Below are positions 57,139 to 64,000 of a stretch of 64,000 nucleotides of DNA, one piece after another (positions within the stretch are counted from its first letter, which is position 1; the number at the start of each line of letters is the position of its first letter). The notes beneath the pieces are model-generated. The model did not search any database, was not told the origin of the DNA, and was given only the letters and a program-made list of their open reading frames with translations. This stretch comes from an uncultured Bacteroidales bacterium (GTDB lineage Bacteria > Bacteroidota > Bacteroidia > Bacteroidales > UBA932), in contig CALUQB010000009.1 in NCBI GenBank assembly GCA_944322815.1, positions 12,027 through 76,026 on the forward strand, given 5' to 3'. The position numbers and the translations under genes are program-made.

Positions 57139-60120
57139 CTAAAACTTAAGCCTCAATGTAAGACCATAGTAAAAATTCGTGATATACCTGTACATCTGTA
57201 CATAGTCACCGGTCTTGGACGAACGTATGCGACTGTAATTGTTGAAGAAATTATTCGCATAGAACGATATGGATGCCAGATCCCCTATCTCCTTGGTCAC
57301 GCTGAAATTCATCGAGAAATACGGAGTGAGATATTCCTTGTTGTAATAATAGTCAAGGTTGCTGACATACGCCATCCTGGAGAGATCCGAATACATCTGC
57401 TGATCATTGTTTCTCGCCCATAGAAGATCTTCGTAATAGTTACGGTGCGTCGAAGGATCATCGTAAGTCGTATAATATTCCGGATACACCACGGCATAGC
57501 AACTTCCGTCATAGACAGAAGCATCCGTTATGGAGAGTATGTCACCATTGTCCGAGAGGACATGGGAACGGTTTCCGCTGCTCTGCTCGCTGAGCATACG
57601 CATATATCTGAGCAGGGTCGCTTCCAGTCGCAGGGAAAGTATCATCCTGACCTTCGGGATATGGGTGGTTATGGTCAGATTGGTGTTCAGCTGCCGGTTT
57701 TCCCTGCCGTTCGACAGGGTGCGGCCTCCTGTGAAATAACCGATATAGCTGTATGGCTGGCCGTCGGCACCGTTTCCATTATAGGAATACGCTTCCACGT
57801 TTTCATCTGTCGAACGGTATCCATAGTATGAACCGTCCAGACGGATAGTGGTGTTTATCGGATTTATTCTCTTGAAGTCCACGACCCATTCTACTCCGTA
57901 TCTGGTGATGGGATTAAAGGTATTGCTTGCATATACGGTTTCATTGAACCGTTTGCGTACAGAGTAGTCAAGCTGCTCGTCCGGCAGTGCCCCGGTCACG
58001 TCCGATACCGTAACCATGCCGGTCTCCCTGTCCACTTCGAACTGTCTGTTTTCAGCGGGAATGCTGCAGGAAGAAAGGGCATCGATGGAGGTATAGGCGA
58101 ATGTAAATCTGTCATAGTCGCTACTGAGACGGAATGCATCGATGGTTCTGTTGTAATATCCGGCCAGGGATATCTTGTTTCCGGCGATGTCTATGTCAAA
58201 CCCGATTTCAGACTGCCGGTTCTTCTGCCAATGCAGGTCCGGATTATACTCGATTGCATGAGGTATGATATAATAGGCGGAATATGCATGGCCGGCAGAA
58301 GTGGAAGTGGATGCGAACGTATTTATGTATGTGTATTCGGGTATCGGATAAAGTATGGAATACGAAGGCATCTTGGTAGCCACGCCCCAGCTTGCCCTGA
58401 AAGACAGTTCACGGACAGTCTTGTTCCACCGGTCCTTGGGAGAAAGGATCGTGTATTTCAAATTGAACCGCGGAGAAAGGCTGGATGTCGTGCCGTATAC
58501 GGAATTTCTGATAATGGTGTTGTCGTTTCTGATTCCTGCTATGACATTCAGTCTTGTTTTCCCTATGGGAATGGTAATATTCTCCTCGATATATGCCGCG
58601 ACATTGTTCATGGACGGAATATCGCAATAACGGTATTCCCAGAAATCATCAGCAGTCGCCATGTTCTCCGTATACTGGCCTATTCCGAAATTTCCGTCGG
58701 CAGACCAGTCGGCTCCGACCTTGAGTTTGTTGTTTATTTCACCGAACTGTCTGGCCCAGGTAGCCTTGAATTTCAGACCGTAGTTTATAGGCCTGTCATC
58801 CACACACATGGTCTTGTACCAGTATCCTGCCGGACGGAGGATGACTGCGGCATCGGGATCTTCTTCATAATACCTGGCCATATAATACCCTTCATCCGTA
58901 CCATGGACAGCCGGAGATGCCTGTGCCCAGTTGTCATTCTCATGTTCGCGGCTGTGCTTGTCACTATATACCACGGAACCGCTCAGTTCCACGTTCGTTA
59001 TCCACTTTTTGCTTAGAAGCCAGTCAAATGAAAAGTTACCACGGAAAGAGTTGTCGCGGACTGTAGTCCTGTTTTCCGAAAATGCGTCAGGATCGGCCTT
59101 GGTATCCATGCCGCCTATATTTCCTGAAGCGCTGACGGAGAAGCGGAGCGGAGTTTCGCTGAACAAGCCCCTGTCGAACAGGTTGCTGTAAGTCAGCTGC
59201 ACCTGCTTCCTGTCATAGGATTCATATGGGGATCTCTGGTCACTGGTAGCCAATGTATATTCCAGGCTGGCATTCAGGATTCCTTTTGATGCCCCGGATT
59301 TGGTTTCCCCAAGTCCGAAACCTTTGCTGGCGGAAACTTGCTTCATATTAGGGTTCGTAGAAAAAGTGACAGTATACGGTGTCCGCCCTTTCCTTGTATT
59401 GATTTTCACCACTCCGGATGTCATGTCACCGTATTCCACAGAAGGGACTCCGGTGATGACTTCTATGGACTCAACATTCGTGGATGCCACATTATTCACC
59501 GCAATGCCTGATACTCCGGATGATGAAAATGCGGCAAAGCTTCCGTTATTCGAAAGCCGGACTCCGTCCACCTCGACTGCAGTTCCGAAAGATGCGTTGC
59601 CGCTTTCGGCATCCGCGCCAGACCTGATATTGAAGACCTGCGTCTCCGTCAGATCCGGATTCCGTGTCGCACCGCCAGGAAGAAGACCGGAAACGTCAGC
59701 CACATTCAGCATCTGGATATGATCGAGAGCTGTCTTGTCTATGGTCCGGCTGGTAGTGGCGCTGTTGCTGTTGTCCTGAGCCGTCACCACTACGCTTTCG
59801 AGGGTCAGGTTATCTTCCGCAAGCGATATCACGTATTTGGGAATATCCTTGGTTATCACTATCTCTTTCGTATCAGTAACAAAACCGAGGCACGATATGC
59901 TGATCGTGTTCTTGCCTGGCTGGACATTCTGGATAGTGAAATTTCCGTTTGCATCGGCCACGGCCCATTGTTCCGTATTTTCAAGGACTACCGTAGCATA
60001 TTCGACCGGTTCGCCGGTATTTTTATTCAACACGACACCGCTGATGTAGTATGTGTCCTGCGCAGAAACATCTGCGAGGAAAAATACCAGAACGCTTATT
60101 ATTGTTATGATCCGTTTCAT
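57139..60120 (-). CDS. TonB-dependent receptor (non-SusC type)
   Basis: CarboxypepD-like N-domain, LESVVVTA, VEVITGVPSVEYGDMTSGVV, C-terminal LKF. Confidence 0.93.
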   Translation of the reverse strand: MKRIITIISVLVFFLADVSAQDTYYISGVVLNKNTGEPVEYATVVLENTEQWAVADANGNFTIQNVQPGKNTISISCLGFVTDTKEIVITKDIPKYVISLAEDNLTLESVVVTAQDNSNSATTSRTIDKTALDHIQMLNVADVSGLLPGGATRNPDLTETQVFNIRSGADAESGNASFGTAVEVDGVRLSNNGSFAAFSSSGVSGIAVNNVASTNVESIEVITGVPSVEYGDMTSGVVKINTRKGRTPYTVTFSTNPNMKQVSASKGFGLGETKSGASKGILNASLEYTLATSDQRSPYESYDRKQVQLTYSNLFDRGLFSETPLRFSVSASGNIGGMDTKADPDAFSENRTTVRDNSFRGNFSFDWLLSKKWITNVELSGSVVYSDKHSREHENDNWAQASPAVHGTDEGYYMARYYEEDPDAAVILRPAGYWYKTMCVDDRPINYGLKFKATWARQFGEINNKLKVGADWSADGNFGIGQYTENMATADDFWEYRYCDIPSMNNVAAYIEENITIPIGKTRLNVIAGIRNDNTIIRNSVYGTTSSLSPRFNLKYTILSPKDRWNKTVRELSFRASWGVATKMPSYSILYPIPEYTYINTFASTSTSAGHAYSAYYIIPHAIEYNPDLHWQKNRQSEIGFDIDIAGNKISLAGYYNRTIDAFRLSSDYDRFTFAYTSIDALSSCSIPAENRQFEVDRETGMVTVSDVTGALPDEQLDYSVRKRFNETVYASNTFNPITRYGVEWVVDFKRINPINTTIRLDGSYYGYRSTDENVEAYSYNGNGADGQPYSYIGYFTGGRTLSNGRENRQLNTNLTITTHIPKVRMILSLRLEATLLRYMRMLSEQSSGNRSHVLSDNGDILSITDASVYDGSCYAVVYPEYYTTYDDPSTHRNYYEDLLWARNNDQQMYSDLSRMAYVSNLDYYYNKEYLTPYFSMNFSVTKEIGDLASISFYANNFFNNYSRIRSSKTGDYVQMYRYITNFYYGLTLRLKF

Positions 60121-60155
60121 ATATGCTGATTTTTCTGTTGGACAAATCCTGACGG

Positions 60156-61967
60156 CTACTGTTCAGGCTGACGGAGGATATCGCCGTGATCACGTACTAC
60201 GGCTTCCTTCCACTTGTCCGTATAGCCCGGATTCGTTATGCCGTCAGGAATCCTGTCGGAATATCCGTTCGTGACGAAGGAACCGTCAGGATTCTGTGCT
60301 TTGACGTTTCCGTCCATGAACTTCACGAGCAGGAAGATCTCCAGATCCGCCCACTCCCGGAATATGCCCTGTGCAGTGCCGACAGAATAGTCTGTCAGAA
60401 AATCTTTCACCTCGACAAACGGATCAGGGACATTCTGCACTTCGTCATTCCTTCTTATCTGCTTCCGGGGTGTATCAAGGGCTTTCTGATACAGAGCCAT
60501 GGCCTGAATGTCTATTTCAGGGATGAGAGACATCTGGGCATTCTCGAAATCATCGGCTTTAGCCCTGACTACAGGGGCCATTACGTTGTACATTCTGTAG
60601 CAGGCATTGGCCACGCGGTTGCATATCCAGAATGCCGAAGTCGGGGAATATTCGAGGATACTGCCATTGCCCTCTGCGAAGCAGTCGGGCACCTTATTGA
60701 TATTGGTATATATCGGAGTCAGATACGAAGTGGCGGCATCGTCCGTACCGAACCAGAGCAGGCCGCCTATCACATCGGGTAGCCAGCCGCGTGACTGTCC
60801 CACGAACCAGAATCCGGTCTGCTGGGTGGCTATCGCACGTTCGTTTACGTAAACATGGCCTTCATATTCGAAGTCCATCGGTCTCCAGCGGTACGGAAGT
60901 GCATTGCCTCCGGCACCTATATCTGCGGTCATATCCATCGGAGTGCCTTCGAAATGGTCACGCATCACGTCAGCAACGTCTTTCATGGTGATTTTCCGTG
61001 ACGGTTTCACAAAGAGGGGGAAACGTTTCGATGCATCATACCCCATGGCATAATCGATAAAGTCGTAGGCATCCATGGTCACTTCCTTTCCGTTTTCATC
61101 CTCGAACGTAAACTGCCCGTCGCAGAGGATATTGAAAGCTGACCAGGCACGGGCTTCGCAGCCACGCATGGCACCGAAATTCAGCGGATTATATGCATCG
61201 CAGAAACTGAAGTCCTCGTCTTTTCCGTCAAAGTACCCCATCTCCCTGGCAAAAGAGATGACATCCGGCGCATAGAGACAGTTCTCCGGGTCGTCAAGGG
61301 GGAAGGTACTGATTCTGGACTGGTTCGCATGGGCGCATATATAGCCGTCCGGCAATCTTCTGGCCACCCAGACTATGCCTCTGTTAGCATTTTGTCCGTT
61401 TTCCTCCCTGTAGCCTTTCCCGATGAGGTCCATGACCCAGACTTCATCCTTGTCCGCGATGGAGAATGATTCCCCGCTGGAATAGTAGCCGTAAGTGTTC
61501 GCCAGGTCGACTATGATGCTTATGGCTTCACGCGCTGTTCTGGCACGTTGGAGAGTGGTGAAGATGAGTGAGCCGTAGTCCATGACCCCGGTGGAGTCAA
61601 AGAGTTCCGTACGCCCTCCGAACGTGGATTCGCCGATGATGAGCTGGTGCTCGTTCATGTTTCCGACTGTCTGGTAAGTATACGGCACCTGTGGGATCTC
61701 GCCGAGGAATTTTCCGGTGTCCCACTCGTATATTTTCAGCATCTCGCCTTTTTCATGGCTGGCCGCCGGGCGGAAATACAGTTCTCCGAAAAGGGTATGC
61801 GAGTCTGCCGCGTAGGAAACCATGCAGGAGCCGTCTGCGCTGGCACCTTTGGAAATGAGGACATTCGTGCAGGCATCCGCGTCATGGGCTGCGGACATGC
61901 TCAGCATCGCGGCTGCAAGGCTGGCAAGCAAGGGGGAGATAAGTGATGTTTTCCTGTCCATTTGCAA
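60156..61967 (-). CDS. C69-family dipeptidase
   Basis: Signal peptide then CTN (Ntn Cys nucleophile), MNEHQLIIGESTFGG, HANQSRI. Confidence 0.93.
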   Translation of the reverse strand: MQMDRKTSLISPLLASLAAAMLSMSAAHDADACTNVLISKGASADGSCMVSYAADSHTLFGELYFRPAASHEKGEMLKIYEWDTGKFLGEIPQVPYTYQTVGNMNEHQLIIGESTFGGRTELFDSTGVMDYGSLIFTTLQRARTAREAISIIVDLANTYGYYSSGESFSIADKDEVWVMDLIGKGYREENGQNANRGIVWVARRLPDGYICAHANQSRISTFPLDDPENCLYAPDVISFAREMGYFDGKDEDFSFCDAYNPLNFGAMRGCEARAWSAFNILCDGQFTFEDENGKEVTMDAYDFIDYAMGYDASKRFPLFVKPSRKITMKDVADVMRDHFEGTPMDMTADIGAGGNALPYRWRPMDFEYEGHVYVNERAIATQQTGFWFVGQSRGWLPDVIGGLLWFGTDDAATSYLTPIYTNINKVPDCFAEGNGSILEYSPTSAFWICNRVANACYRMYNVMAPVVRAKADDFENAQMSLIPEIDIQAMALYQKALDTPRKQIRRNDEVQNVPDPFVEVKDFLTDYSVGTAQGIFREWADLEIFLLVKFMDGNVKAQNPDGSFVTNGYSDRIPDGITNPGYTDKWKEAVVRDHGDILRQPEQ

Positions 61968-62050
61968 TAGTCTTTAACTTTCACACTTAAAGCGTCACCG
62001 CTTTTTTATACAAAGTACATATTCTCCAAATATAAAAAAAATTATTCTCG

Positions 62051-62083
62051 TTTGAACTATCTGACAAATATTTTATAACTTTA
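62051..62083 (+). promoter_or_regulatory. Probable promoter for the FISUMP gene
   Basis: TTTG, 21 nt, TAACTTTA (one mismatch to TAnnTTTG). Confidence 0.45.
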
Positions 62084-62177
62084 CAAATTCGGGGATGGAA
62101 TCAATGCGGCACTTGCAGGCTGCACCGTTTGTCCCCTGCGGTTCGGACAGGAACTTTTAACAACAAAACAAATAGTT

Positions 62178-63086
62178 ATGAAAAAGATTTTCTCGATCAT
62201 GATGGCAGCTGCCATCACATTTGCATTCACTGCCTGTGAAGGGACAGACCCTGACAACGGCAATGATAATGGAACAGAGCAAGGAGGGGGGGGCTCCGGT
62301 GAAACGGAAGAGCCTAATACTCTTACTTACGGTGGCGTTACTTACAAGACTGTTACCCTTTCGAACGGACAGACTTGGATGGCGGAGCCTCTGAGATATG
62401 TTCCTGAAGGGATGACTGTTTCAAGTGATCCTGCCGATGATAATGCACATATCTGGTATCCGTATGAAGTGGTGGACGGAACTGCCACAGCGCTTACAGA
62501 TGAGGCATCCATCGCTGCGAAAGGTTATCTGTACGACATGTGCGCAGCATTGGGAGTAGATGAGATCACTGCGGACAACTGCAAGTCATTCGAGGGGGCA
62601 CAGGGTATTTGCCCTGACGGATGGCACATACCTACCTGGAAAGAATACTATGACCTGGTAGGAAAATCAAATGCGGTAGACGGGATAGACGGCTCGAATG
62701 TATCCAATACGGATGCCCTGTTCTACGACAGTGAGTATGACGGTGCGAAAATAGCCGATCTCAATGAGGCAGGATGGAATTACATTTTCCCGGGATACAG
62801 GCAGAAGACAAACTTCAGTGCCGCCGGTTCCTACAGCAAGCTCGTCATAGACGATTCCGTATGCAGCGTTGACGAATACATGGGTGAAAACAGGATGTCA
62901 TACACCATGACATCAACATGTCACAAGGCCAATTATTCGTCGTCAGACCCGACAGTCCTTAACAACATACAGTTCATGGGGCTTATGTCTACTTTCACAA
63001 AGACTTACATGGAAGGGAGACTGTCGCTTTCGTTCGTTCACTATGAAAGCGGCATGGAACTCCGCTGCGTCAAGGATGCCGAATAA
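62178..63086 (+). CDS. FISUMP (Fib_succ_major) domain lipoprotein
   Basis: Lipobox FTAC; YKTVTLSNGQTWMAEPLRY, GICPDGWHIPT..E, LRCVKD. Confidence 0.9.
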   Translation: MKKIFSIMMAAAITFAFTACEGTDPDNGNDNGTEQGGGGSGETEEPNTLTYGGVTYKTVTLSNGQTWMAEPLRYVPEGMTVSSDPADDNAHIWYPYEVVDGTATALTDEASIAAKGYLYDMCAALGVDEITADNCKSFEGAQGICPDGWHIPTWKEYYDLVGKSNAVDGIDGSNVSNTDALFYDSEYDGAKIADLNEAGWNYIFPGYRQKTNFSAAGSYSKLVIDDSVCSVDEYMGENRMSYTMTSTCHKANYSSSDPTVLNNIQFMGLMSTFTKTYMEGRLSLSFVHYESGMELRCVKDAE

Positions 63087-63128
63087 GCATCACTGACTGG
63101 CCGGCAGGCCATCCATAACAAGATAATG

Positions 63129-63165
63129 GAGACTGTGTCAAAATGGTAAATTTTGGCGCAGTCTC
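63129..63165. repeat. 16-bp inverted repeat related to the 49.1-kb element ends; likely also terminates the convergent genes
   Basis: GAGACTGTGTCAAAAT-GGTAA-ATTTTGGCGCAGTCTC (2 G:U-type mismatches). Confidence 0.7.
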
Positions 63166-63218
63166 TTTAGGTTTATCAGAATTGATAATTGAGTTGTCTT
63201 AATCAGTCCTCAAGAACA

Positions 63219-63512
63219 TTACATCGGGCGAAGTTCCACAGTCATTCCCATTGCCGCCGCTATCTTATAAAGTGTGGAAACAGTAGGGATTGTCAAACCT
63301 CGCTCGATTCTGGAAATATAGCCTTTGTCCGCTCCGATGCGCTGTGCAAGTTCCGCCTGTGTAAGTCCTGCATTCTTTCTTGCATCAAGGAGAATCTGTG
63401 CATTGTATTCCTCCCACGCATGATTTATCGCTGCTTCCCTCTGCGGTGTGCCTTGCGCCCCGAATTCCTTTGCAAGTTCTGCGCTTACATCGTAAATGTC
63501 ATTTGCTTTCAT
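63219..63512 (-). CDS. XRE-family HTH antitoxin (HigA-like)
   Basis: ARKNAGLTQAELAQRIGADKGYISRIERG; start probably 63512 (MKAND), overlapping the toxin-remnant stop. Confidence 0.9.
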   Translation of the reverse strand: MKANDIYDVSAELAKEFGAQGTPQREAAINHAWEEYNAQILLDARKNAGLTQAELAQRIGADKGYISRIERGLTIPTVSTLYKIAAAMGMTVELRPM

Positions 63513-63588
63513 AATATTCATTCTTTAGTTTCACGGCCTTGCCTATCTCGCTTTTCGGGGTTTTCTGTGTCTTTTTCTTGAAACGGAA
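63499..63588 (-). pseudogene. 3' remnant of a RelE/HigB (Gp49-like) toxin
   Basis: Hand translation FRFKKKTQKTPKSEIGKAVKLKNEYYESK*, preceded by an in-frame TAA (63591-63589) and no start codon. Confidence 0.8.
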
Positions 63589-63660
63589 TTAGTGCTCCAG
63601 TAACAGAATGATAAATAATAAGATAAAAAATTCCCTTGTTTGGAGGGGATGTTGTAGTTA

Positions 63661-63972
63661 TTATCTCTTTTTCTTCTTTGGTTTAGGCTTCTTCTCCACC
63701 TCCCACGATAATATCACGAAATCATCATCGATAATCCTATGTTTTACTGTTACTGTAATCTCATCAAAGGTATCTTTTACTTTATATTGCTTGTTTATCC
63801 CAACCTTACCCAATCCGTTTTCTTTAATAAACTTGAATTCATCAGTATCTGGGCAATCATCTATTAGGCTTTTTTTACACACAAGTATAAAATATGCCTT
63901 TGAATCTGATTCGTTTTTCTGAATTACTCCTTTATCAGATTTCCGATTTCGGCGATAAACTCCCGTACTGGC
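63661..63972 (-). other. AT-rich open frame, probable gene fragment of unknown function
   Basis: Frame open from 63972 to the stop at 63661; only start found is GTG at 63882; about 32% GC over 63601-63900 by hand count. Confidence 0.35.
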
Positions 63973-64000
63973 TCAAACAGTGGCTGCATTTCATCAGCAG
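63924..64000 (-). CDS. C-terminus of a probable HEPN-like protein (runs off right edge)
   Basis: Hand translation ...ADEMQPLFEPVREFIAEIGNLIKE*, resembling the last helix of Bacteroidales HEPN proteins; only 24 residues visible. Confidence 0.4.
   Translation of the reverse strand, partial: ADEMQPLFEPVREFIAEIGNLIKE

Overview
64-kb stretch of a Bacteroidales chromosome (about 50-55% GC in most genes; TAnnTTTG promoters; the gene content suggests a Cryptobacteroides/RC9-type gut lineage, which is inference). Family names come from motif recognition, not database searches. Left to right: (1) the 5' end of an ECF-sigma/FecR/SusC locus; (2) a long NagB-LmbE fusion, nagB and an orphan N6-adenine methyltransferase; (3) a 20.7-kb minus-strand SusC/SusD locus with no recognisable glycoside hydrolase, encoding three unrelated phosphodiesterase families (EEP, NAGPA/DUF2233, GDPD), an SGNH esterase domain, three paralogous beta-helix surface lipoproteins and a GlpT-type transporter, which is the best candidate for an undescribed system (possible teichoic-acid/phosphodiester-glycan utilisation); (4) the rplP-to-rplQ ribosomal cluster, which starts at rplP with its own promoter, so the S10 operon is split at rpsC|rplP; (5) housekeeping genes (DUF4294, lpxH, uppP, DUF3098, ftsX, GT5, DUF4270, acpP, uvrC); (6) a co-oriented C69 peptidase, TonB receptor, DUF4876, DUF6850, M16 protease, 4Fe-4S/HMA membrane protein and S46 peptidase cluster (possible protein/metal-piracy locus); (7) a FISUMP lipoprotein and a decayed, AT-rich toxin-antitoxin mosaic at the right edge. 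Several palindromic MITE/REP-like elements lie in intergenic spaces. I recognised no rRNA, tRNA, CRISPR array, integrase or transposase.
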